Of a stretch of 64,000 nucleotides of DNA, positions 13,783-56,235 are shown piece by piece. How positions within the stretch are numbered: the first letter of the stretch is position 1; every line of letters starts with the position of its first letter. Under the pieces are notes generated by a model that was not told the origin of the DNA, searched no databases, and saw nothing but the letters and a program-made list of their open reading frames with translations. The position numbers and the translations under genes were made by a program. Source of the DNA: Hormiphora californensis (lineage: Eukaryota; Animalia; Ctenophora); NCBI GenBank assembly GCA_020137815.1, contig CM035352.1, positions 4,650,001 to 4,714,000 on the forward strand, written 5' to 3'.

Positions 13783-14943
13783 CTGGAGAGTATAGAACGA
13801 GAGAGAGATATTATTAGAACATGCACACATAATGTGCATGATATTGTCGGTGTGTTCGAACAATAGGATAAAGCGGTCGCCTGAAAGAATGATTAAAAAC
13901 ACCTTCCGACCATAGCTGCATTTTCAGCATGAAAATATAAATGCTCTGAATAAATAAACACTACCTAGATAAAGTCTGCAGAAAATGCAATCAGTGATGT
14001 ATGTCCATATAATATATATCTACCTACACATACAGCATGAATTGCATAATAAACAGTTGTGCAGGATTAATTGCATTTGCACCACACCGAGTGAACTGAT
14101 GGTAAAGTCGGGGGGGGGGGGCACGAGTTTTGGGTGACAAAAAAATATGATTTTACCCCATACCATAAATATCAGAGTGAATTGATGGTGCCCCAAATTC
14201 CAGAAATTCTAAATAGTCTTTTAAATGACTGGTGGTACCCACTAGCCATGTTGGACTAGGATGGTAGTACCGATCCAGATGTACAGATATTATGTACAGA
14301 TATTATGTACAGATATTAGTCGGTATTCAGTGCCGTATAACACACATTTATCAGTTCCAGTTACAGCCAGTGTTGTGCAGTGATTATCCGCCCGTACTTA
14401 TTGACGCAGTTTTCCTTTACCTGTACCGGATCATCCGCCCCGTACTTATTCACACAGCTTTCTTTTACCGGACCTGTCAATCATCGCTTCTGAACCTTTT
14501 CGGATTGACGGAAGTGCCTACCATGGGGCTTACCTGTTCAGACTTAGCCCAGTTGGACAGTACCGCCGGCTAGAGGTTGTCCACTGGCCGAGGAGCTCTT
14601 AGTGAAATTCTCATCAGAGTGACCACATTGCCACCGAAAGTAATGATGAACGACCTTTTACAGCACCAGGGTTCAAGCCCCTGCTTATTATTCTGATCCA
14701 CGAAATGGGAGTAGTGAATTGGCGAACTTAAAGCCCATCACGGGAGGGTTCGTTGAAGATGGCCCACTAGTGAGGAAGACCCCGAAAAATTATGGAAAAC
14801 AGCAAAAAAAGGAGGTTACTCGTTGGACCGCGTAATAATATTTGGGTTGGTACCTGAACGTACGAACGCTGAGGAGATCGAAGGTGGAACTGGCGAACAG
14901 ATTATGTAACAGAAGATTATGATAGGTCCCTGACTTCGGCCTA

Positions 14944-15010
14944 GATAACCAGTCACGTGACCTAAATAACGAGTTCTGATTGGTTGTTTACTTGTTTCGG
15001 TCGGTTCCTG
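14944..15010. mobile_element. Partial copy of hAT-type MITE family A
   Basis: Matches the right part of 11458-11566 and ends TTCGGTCGGTTCCTG. Confidence 0.75.
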
Positions 15011-15175
15011 GTAGGTAGCTTGGTATTTAAACCCAACCACAGATATATCGCAAGTGAAGGGCCCTCCAAATATCGAGGGAGTTCGTACGGAGGGTTCCAG
15101 GCTATGCTATGCTTAGTACCCAAATAAACCACTCCTGTTACGCATTGTTAACTAATTATGTTTTTCTCTTCGCAG

Positions 15176-36772
<21,597 letters not shown>

Positions 36773-37680
36773 AGAGACCGGGATGAATTCACGTATACAG
36801 GAACGACAAACGTTCTCTGAGCAAAAGAGAAATATTAAATAACATTGTAAAAAGGGATTGATACTGTTCGTTAAGTTTTAAATTCTAATTGAAAATACAC
36901 ACTGCAAGTGCACAGTCTATCCTACCAATGTCATTGTAAATTATATCTGACTTCTTTTAATTGTTTATGTTAAATTAGAATTTGTATTGACCTAAAAAAA
37001 TAAAATAGGCCGGATTTTTTTGTCAGGTTTGGTGTAATACGCGAGTTATTTATCACAATAGCGCGTAAATGGTTTGCGCGCTACGAAACGCGCATCGAAT
37101 TCGGATGGAATTTTGAATTTAAAAAAATTCGAAAATTACAATCTCATCGCGTTTTTTTCAAAGTTAAAACTTTTTTGGTTTTTTGTTCGGCTATCATCTC
37201 CAATAACACTCTTATTACTTATAACAGCTAGCCGTTTGACTTAATTCTTGCGCCATTCGATAGATCTCATCGTTGTCTACCTTTCTATTTCTATGTGAAG
37301 TCAGTTGGATTTGATCAGCCAGAGTAATTGGCAATTGCCAATCGAAGATTTCGCATGTTGCGGAGTGATTCGAGCTTCATTTTAATTTTCAGCTTTTGAG
37401 CTGCGCCTCATTTAAATTATGTCAATTGCACGACTTGCCCCCCAGGCCTGCAGGATATGGACAATGAAAAGCGGACAATAAATGTATATTTGTATTTGTA
37501 TTTGTATCAGAGTTTAATATTTTGTAACAGAGTTCCAAGAGTAAAATAAGCTTGTCACGACTCCCTTGTCTGTCTTAACTTATAGGTCACTTGGCCGCTC
37601 CAATCTCTACTCATTGTCTACTATCCAATATATGCGAAAATGCCTTTTCTCGACTCCATATCCCAAATTGTGCTCATCAT

Positions 37681-37955
37681 CAGGGGCGGTGCGCGGCGTT
37701 CATTCACGAAAAAAATTTTGGGTCCAGCGCTGCATAAAATGTAACACGCGAGGTGGGTCTGGACCCTATTGGTCAATAGCGCTGCCACATAAGCTTTTTC
37801 TTGCGCGCATTCGTTTTTTCAATTGAAAATCGGCTCATTTTTTCACTTTTTTCCCCCGATTTTTTCACTTTTTAGCAAGTTTTCCCATTTTCTTCTCCTC
37901 TCTCGTCCAAAAAGTGGGTCCTGGACCCACTGGACCCAGCCTTGCTTCGCCCCTG
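37681..37955. mobile_element. hAT-type MITE, 275 bp, about 55 bp upstream of the TCP1 start codon
   Basis: TIR CAGGGGCG / CGCCCCTG with 8-bp TSD CTCATCAT (37673-37680 and 37956-37963). Confidence 0.88.
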
Positions 37956-38009
37956 CTCATCATCAATAGTTTACATTTACCAATTTCTCCCATGTAGCCG
38001 TGTCACACA

Positions 38010-40124
38010 ATGTCGACGACGACCATGTCCAGTCTCTCACTGTTCGGTGACCGGGAGAAGGGAGAGAGTGTGCGGACTCAAAACATGACGGCCGCTGTCG
38101 CCATCTCTAACATTGTCAAAAGCTCCCTTGGGCCCGTCGGACTTGACAAGATGCTTGTCGATGAGGTAAGAAGTTTTGTTTATTAATGTGTTTAAACGTG
38201 TTAATCTGCTTTCTTTGACTATGATTCTAATGTCCGATTTTACCAGTTAAGTTCATGAATTTTATCATCATACAATCAAAGCAATTTTGTATGAACCGGT
38301 TCAAGTACTGATAACTAGTACAAGAACACACTTTTCAATTTACAATCAATTCGTTATATCGAACTGTCTTTCTTTGCGTAAAGCCCTCCCCGAACTAAAC
38401 CTCTCCATCTCCCTGGCAGGTTGGTGATGTGACTGTTACGAATGACGGTGCTACCATTCTCAAAATGTTGGAGGTAGAGCATCCCGCTGCCAAGGTCCTC
38501 TGTGAGCTGGCTCAGCTCCAAGACGAGGAAGTTGGCGATGGAACTACCAGTGTTGTTATTATCGCAGCCGAGCTGTTGAGGGCTGCAGATGAGCTTATCA
38601 AACAGAAAATCCATCCTACCACTATCATCAACGGATACAAGTGAGTTACAACATGAATTTGAAACATGAATTTGAAACAATAATCAGCGAATAGTTGGTT
38701 ACATGGGGGGGGGGGGGGTGGGGGGGGGTCGTCACCTTTTTTTGCCCACTGTGTACACATTATCCCTAGATTTTGAACTCCCCCCACTGGCCCATTGAAG
38801 TATACTAACCACTCTCTCCCTCCTCAGATTGGCATGCAAGGAATCTGTGAAATTCATCCAGGACAACCTCTCCATCCCAGCAGCAGATCTTGGAAAGAAC
38901 TGCCTCCTCAATGTGGCCCGGACCTCAATGAGCTCTAAAATTATCGGTGCTGACAGGGATTTCTTTGCCAACATGGTAGTACAGGCTTGTGAGCTGATCA
39001 AGTTTACCAATACCAAGGGAGACACAAAGTGCCCGATTAAGAGTGTCAACATCCTAAAGGCCCATGGAAAGAGCTCCAGAGAAAGTATCTTTGTTAAGGG
39101 TTACGCCCTAAACTGCACCGTCGCCTCCCAACTGATGCCCAAAACCATCAAGAATGCCAAGATTGCGTGTATTGATTTCAGTCTGCAGAAGGCTAAGATG
39201 AAGTTAGGTGTGCAGGTTATTGTTGATGATCCTTCTAAGTTGGAGGCAGTCCGACAGAGGGAGGCAGATATCACCAAGGAGAGGATCCAGATGATTCTCA
39301 ACGCTGGTGCTAACGTTATCCTAACTACTGGAGGTATTGATGACATGTGCCTCAAGTACTTCGTTGATTCTGGTGCTATGGCTGTCAGGAGGTGCAAGAA
39401 AGAGGATTTGAAGAGGATCGCTAGGGCAACTGGAGCTAGTTTTGTTGCATCTCTCACCAACTTGGAGGGAGAGGAATCATTTGACGCAGCCTTCCTAGGA
39501 GCCGCTGAGGAGATCTCCCAGACCCGAATCTGTGATGACGAGCTTATCCTGATTAAGGGAACCAAAGTTAAACCTGCCGCCAGTATGATTCTCCGAGGTG
39601 CGAATGATATGTATGTAGATGAAATGGATAGGTCTGTCCATGATTCTCTATGTGCTGTTAAAAGGGTTATTGAGAGCAAGAAGGTCGTTCCTGGAGGTGG
39701 CTGTGTTGAGGCTGCTCTGTCCATTTATCTGGAAAACTTTGCCACTTCTCTCGGGTCCAGGGAACAGCTTGCCATCGCTGAGTTCGCACACGCAATGCTT
39801 GTTATTCCTAAAACTCTGGTTGTCAACGCTGCAAAAGATTCAACAGAGCTGGTGGCCAAACTGAGGGCCTTCCATAACGCATCGCAGACGATCGAGGCGA
39901 AGAAGAACTTCAAGTGGATCGGCCTGGATCTCGAGAACGGAAAGTGTCGAGACAACAAGGAAGCCGGAGTACTTGAGCCAGAGATGAGCAAGGTCAAGAG
40001 TCTGAAGTTCGCTACAGAGGCAGCTATTACCATCCTCAGGATTGATGATATGATCAAGATTTACCAGCCAAGCAAGGAAGATCCCAACAGCTACGCCAAT
40101 GCAGTCGCACAAGGACGATTGTAG
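38010..40124 (+). CDS. TCP1: T-complex protein 1 subunit alpha (CCT1), 3 exons
   Basis: Exons 38010-38165, 38420-38640 and 38828-40124. Motifs [44 protein letters not shown] and [18 protein letters not shown]. Confidence 0.97.
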
Positions 40125-40863
40125 ATCTGAATCATGTGTTTTTTGGTTCTCGGTGCTTTTTTGTACAGTCTCTCACAGCTGTTCGTCGTGTGGTTCGGTG
40201 TGTGTGCTCTCTCACTATTTGTTAACCTTATTTTACTAATTTATACAAAAATTATTTTGTGTAAAATTTGCCTTTCCTTTCTTCCTGCTATGCTGAGATG
40301 TTCCCAGATTTATTTCAACTGTAACTTTAATAACCTCGAGAGGTAACGCGCACTGGTCTGTTTCCATTAAAAGTGCAATATGTGAGCAGTGTCAGCGCGC
40401 GGCGTATAACCGTTGAATTCTGGAAGCATCTCATGCAAGGGACCCGGACTGAGATGCAGCTTGCGGTCAAGCACACTCACACACCTATCATCACACCTTG
40501 TGAGATAGAGAGAAGGGCAATTCACACCTTATTTTCATTTATAACACATATCACCATTTCCATGTGCTTGGAAGAGAAGGGAGAGAGAGATATGGCGTGA
40601 TAAATGGTGATATCTGTTGCTTAGAAACACAGGAAATAACACACTGATTTTCCATTATTGGAACTGAAATTTTAAGCTATGCAGTGCGATCTAACATCTT
40701 CTGTTTTAAAACATTTTCAAATATACGTATAGCAGCAAAAAACATGTAGCAGTTGTTACATTGACAATTGACCAGCTGTGCTCTCCGACTCGGAGAGGTC
40801 ACAGGGAGATATATAGATAGAGAGAAACATAAGCTATCATCATCACCACCAGAAGTTGATGGT

Positions 40864-50468
<9,605 letters not shown>

Positions 50469-51742
50469 TTTCTTTACCTTTATACCATACAATTTACTAA
50501 AAATCAATGAAATCTGTGAAAAATATCTGTATCATTATCATCATTAACATTTTATATTTTGCTTCAAAGTGTAAACTATTAGAGTAGTACTGAAATATGT
50601 TCAACAGACTGGCTAGTGGCTTCTCTAATGACTCAAAAGCGGTGGAGCCCACACACCAGTTGCACTCAGGTCGTTCAAAGGATCAATTAAATAAGACTCG
50701 CAAAACTAACATGATTTACTAAATTGTACGGTTGTCAATATTTTTTACCACAGTCCACAGTTCGTAATAAAGAGTGTCTCAAGAGTCAAGAGTTCAATCA
50801 TTTTCCTTTCATTGAGCAAAATGACATTGCACTTCACCCGTGAAAAGACCCGGTTACGCCTGGTCAGACCAGCACTTCGAGACACAAAAGGAGAGTGATC
50901 ACTACCAGGATAAAAGATGTAGACTTTAAAGAGACGTGAAAGAGTTGACCAGATTCTGCAGAATGACAATAGAACAGGTTCTGCCTTGTGAATTGTGATT
51001 GTGTTTTTAAATTCACGAACCACCACACGGCACACCGATTGGCATCACTTTTCAACAGCCAAAGCGAAGCTACCGAAGAGACAAAGGGGGTAACCGTATG
51101 TAGAGTTAATCGCGATGAGTCTCATACACATTGGGTTCGATCATTTGCCCACGGTGTTGGGGTTTGTGTACAAAACAACAATACAATTTTCTCTCAGTAC
51201 AGTGTGATTGTGCTGATTTAGTCAGTAATTAGCAATCCGCAATGGTTACAGCCTGGTAAGAATTAACATAAGTTGGGAGTTAACTTAGAACGGCTCTAAA
51301 ATACCAAGGTGGTGGCGGCGTGAGTGAAAACGGTACAGAGGTGGAAAATTCAGAGTTTTTAAAAAAGGAAAATCTGAAAACAACAAGCTTGCTGATATGG
51401 AATTTTTGGCCGTACCGAGCCGCGCGAGACATCTGCAGCGCATGTTATCGTTCAAGTTGAGCCGCGCGCATCGAAATTCTAACTTTCGTTAAAATTTTAA
51501 ATTTTGAAGATAGGCCGTTTTGGGCAGTTTTTGCGAAAGAGTGTCAGCACTCACGGTTTTGTAGGGTTAGGGCTAAATTAGGGTAATGGTTAGGACTGGG
51601 ATTTGGGCTGGAGTTTGGGTGATTATAATATGAGTGCTTTAAATCCTGTCCACGTGCTACGTGCTCTGCTTTAGCTCTGAGTCTGAACATGATATTAGGG
51701 TGATTTAAAGTTTGATCCTTTCTTATTCGACCTAGAAACGTG

Positions 51743-54700
51743 ATGTCAACCAAAGTATGTGGTAACTGCAACATTAAACATTCTTCAGCAGAACTTTCAG
51801 GACCACAGAGCCTTTGCAAGGTATTTTTGTAGATTAAATATTTTTAGTTTTTCTTTAAAAAACTGTGCTGTTCTTTTCTAACTTCACCATGTGTTGCACA
51901 GCCTAGCTGTATGGCCCATGTCGCACTCTCCTTCGCGGACGATCATCACTCAGACCCAGAGCCCTGCATCATCGTGTGATGAAGCCGCGATACGAGGCAT
52001 AACAAATGCTGTTGGTAGTAACAACTGCTTTCTGAATTGTTCCGTTCAGGCACTTTGGAATCTGAACACATTCCGTCACACCTTTATTACCCTTGACCAC
52101 CATCGGTGTCCGGGTGATTCGTGTATATTTTGTAGCCTCCAACACCTTGCCTCCAACTACCAACACCTTAGCACTGGACCGGTAACACCTGATCTACTCC
52201 GGACAGCTCTTGCTAAAACATATGAAAGTGAGCACCGGTTCCAACTTGGGTTCATGGAGGACGCTGCTGAGTGTTTTGAGGGATTGTTACACAACCTTCA
52301 CTTGGCTCTCTCCAGCACGCCCCGGGAGGACACGTGCAGTGATTGTATCTCTCACCAGCTGTTTTCAATGGCTCTGGTAGAGCAGGATAAGTGTGGGAGT
52401 TGTGGGGCGAGCTCTGAACCCTTCACCTTTGATCAGTACATCATGTACATTCCTGTCCAATCGCTCGTGTCCGCTGAAGATCCGACGGAATCATTTGGAA
52501 CAATCCTCCGCCGAACCAACACTCAAACTAAAAGTTGTGGCAGTTGCAGTAACCCCAACAGTGAGGTATCGCTCTCACTTTTGGAGCAGCCCAGTATTTT
52601 GTGTCTGGGGTTGGCATGGCCGGACAGTGCGGGGAAGCTGGTTAACAAGCTGGTGGAAAGGATTGAGGAGTGGATTGATTTGGATGAGATGTTCCACCAT
52701 GGTGGTACTGGCATTTACCGGCTAGTTGGGGCTATGGTGTACTATGGTAAACACTATTTCACATTCTTTTTTCACAGTGGAGTTAAAAAGTGGCTGCTGT
52801 ACGATGATGCCTCGGTTTCAGAGGTAGGTACCACCTGGGAACATGTTAGGTCCACCCTAGTGAAAGGAAAGTACCAGCCTCTTGTGCTTCTCTATGAAAA
52901 TCCCAATGACAACATAAAGCAGAAAACACCCAGAAAACCAGCCAAGAGAAAGTTTATAAAAAGGCTAGCGTGCATGGCTCCAGCCTCCCCAGTACATTCT
53001 AAGAAGCCAGTAAGGGAGGATAGTGTCGAAGAATCCTTTAACAACTCACCCCACCACCCCAACTTTCTGGAAAGCGTTGTGAGTGAGGTGGGCGACAAAA
53101 TGGAGCGGGGTTTGTCAGTTTTGGGCCTCAAGGATGGCGATAAGTTGGAAAGGAAGAAAGTTTATCAATGATTGCATGAAGCAGGCTGATAACCAGTTAC
53201 TTGAAAGTAAACGGGAGTTCACCCTTGGCTACTACCACAAATCACTAGATCTCGCTATTGACGCCGCCAGTTTCTACAAGTTCATCATTTCCCACGTCGA
53301 TTCATCCCAAACCCAGCGATCTATGGCCCAAATTAGGTTTGAGACGGCCAATTCCCGGTGTAAGCGGATCGCTCGACGTATCCCCGTTACCCAGCTATCT
53401 GAAACCCAAAAGAATGCTCTATTTCAACGGTGTCCCCTGTGTGACGGTTACCGGGAGGATAATGAGCGGTTTTGTGGGTCCTGCACCAGGTACTGTGCTG
53501 GTTGTGGGGTGATGTTAGAGCTAACGGAGGGCGGGGAGTGGTGCGAGAAATGTGCCCCGCAGTTAATCGTGGATGGAGAATTTGAGAGGAATTTGAGGGA
53601 GAGTGGGCATAGCAGTGGAGAGGTGGTCTGGTATGATACGTTGAGGGATCCACCCCCACCTTATGAGACGTTGAAAAAAGTGAAGTGCGTGCTGTGTGAG
53701 AGGATGGTTGTCAGTAATAATGATGTGTGTAATCTGTGTGCTAATGGTAGAGGATATAAATATGATTAGTGTGTTGATTTGGCAACTGTAGAATGTTAGT
53801 TGATTTACATGGACAGGAATGGGAAAATATCAGGAACCGACCGAATCAGGAAATACTGGTCCCTGATTGGGTGATAACCAGTCACGTGACCTTAATAACG
53901 AGTTCTGATTGGTTGTTTACTTGTGTCGGTCGGTTCCTAGAAAATATATTATGAACGCTTTGAAAAATGGGACTTTTGATTTACCAGATAGTATTGCTTG
54001 TTTCTGATCTCTTTGTGTATAAAATGGGCGTTAATAATATATTTGACAAAGTTGTTTTTAAAAAAAGTCACACCACGAATTTACATGAGTCTTAACATTT
54101 CTCCCTTTTGATCCCTTCAACTAACATCATCCCCTCTCTCTCTCTATCAGGAGTGTAGACGGTCGTTAGTATTAGCACAGTGTGCTTTCTGTCAAATAGA
54201 CTTCTTCCTAACACAGTAAGTTACATATAAAACATACAGGGTGTTCATTTTGGATCTTTACAAGCGTTGGGCTTCACCCAGAAAAAATTTGGCAAGATTA
54301 TCATATAAAACTTCATACTTGGACTATTCTATACCCTCATTCAAGGTTCCTGGTGTTTTCGGAGCTCTAGCACTCCGGGAAGTGTGTTTTTGGCATCGAA
54401 ACTACCAGAAGGAATTTTTTGCTGGTGCTGAGACTTCGCTAAAATGTTTTTTGGGTGTTTTCTTTGTCAATCCGAAAGTTTCATGGTGATTGGATGTGTT
54501 ATTCGGTCTCAAAATTTCGAAAAAAGTGGCTGAAAAGACTCTAAAACGGCTCAAAAATTGACATTTTAGAGTCTTTTCAGCCACTTTTTTCGAAATTTTG
54601 AGACCGAATAACACATCCAATCACCATGAAACTTTGGGATTGACATATAAAACACCCAAAAAACATTTTAGCGAAGTCTCAGCACCAGCAAAAAATTCCT

Positions 54701-56143
54701 TCTGGTAGTTTCGATGCCAAAAACACACTTCCCGGGGTGCTAGAGCTCCGAAAACACCAGGAACCTTGAATGAGGGTATAGAATAGTCCAAGTATGAAGT
54801 TTCATAAGACGAGAAATATCCTAAGTTTTAACCCTGAATTTTATACTTGTTTCACATTTATTTACTTGCCCCATTAAACTTATAAAGCGCTCTGATTTCT
54901 CGCCCCATTTTGGCCCACTTTGCTCGATACATGTCGGGAACGCGTGATGACCACACTACGCAGTGAGTGAATATTGCGCGCAAACTTGGTACCTTCAGTT
55001 CAACCGGACAAATTAAATGTGGCACGCGTCTTTTTGTAGTTAACGGTGCAAACAACTGCCGCGCGCTCGCGATTTCTTTGCATTTTATTTGGAAACAATT
55101 TATTTTAAAAAATTCGCACCTTTTTGAAACTTTTTGCGTTTCGTGTTGACCATGAATTAATTTATTATATAAGAACTCCGGTCAGTTCTCATCTTGCCAA
55201 TCCGTTTTCCGGGAACCCCTGGCCAAAGGACATTAAAATTCACATAACGAACAAGTTTCATATCGATTGGATAAGATTTTGGGTGGCTACGGTGAAAAAT
55301 ATCGTATTTTTGGCATTTTTAACTTTCCCGACGCGATTTACGACCCTTAAACATTGAGTTACGGGAAATCGCTATCAAGTAAAATGAAGTTCAAACGATT
55401 CTCTTTCCCCACTATTGCGTTAGTTTTTTGATTTAGAGCCGTTTTCAGGGTCTTAGAAGCGTTTGAAAAATGTAAGTCTTTTTGTCGCAATGACGTCACC
55501 CCGTGACGTCACTGCTGTAAAGATCGGATCAAAAATCTGAGCCCGTACTTACATCCGCCTTGGTCCAAGGTACCAGTGTACAAATTTTCAGGGGTCTAGC
55601 TCAAAAACTGTGGGAGGAGTTTGAAAAACCAATTAACGGACAGACTGACTAACATTATGGAATTTATTATATGGATAATCTTGCCAACTTTTTTCTGGGT
55701 GAAACCCAACGCTTGTAAAGATCCAAAATGAACACCGTGTATGTTGAGGGGGGGGTATAAAATGTCCATTGTCCCTTTTGTATTATAGGACTACAGCCAA
55801 CAGTGAAAGTCAATACAGTTTACGAGTTGCAGTCCTACATATACATGATATAACTCTATTATTTTGGCAACAATTCTGAAGAGAACATATTTTATGTGTT
55901 TTCTAATTCTTTATGTGTTTTCTAATTCTGTCCGTGATATTGCACATGTGTATATCCTGCTCATCTTATTGCGCCTATTTTAGGTTTCTAATTCTCGCTT
56001 TCTCTCTCTCTCAGAGAGAGAGGAGAGGAAGAGAAGAGGAGAGAGAGAGGGCCTCCGCGAGGTCCTCTTTATTAGAACTCTTCTCTCTCTGAGCACGATA
56101 GAGGATAGAGTATCTTTTTTCTCTCTCTCTCCTCTCCATCCTC

Positions 56144-56235
<92 letters not shown>

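Noticed and set aside
38245-38316. Box C/D snoRNA in TCP1 intron 1
   Set aside because: A short terminal stem and CTGA are present, but there is no convincing box C and no identifiable guide.
39101-40112. Long antisense ORFs over TCP1
   Set aside because: Shadow ORFs of a conserved coding exon.
50745-51035. Possible GIY-YIG/Penelope remnant (LLTLETLFI) between macoilin and FAM76
   Set aside because: Only one weak motif, with no supporting RT or GIY-YIG core.
51743-51980. FAM76 exon 1-USP fusion protein
   Set aside because: Splicing 51820 to 51902 is out of frame with USP and stops after 25 codons.
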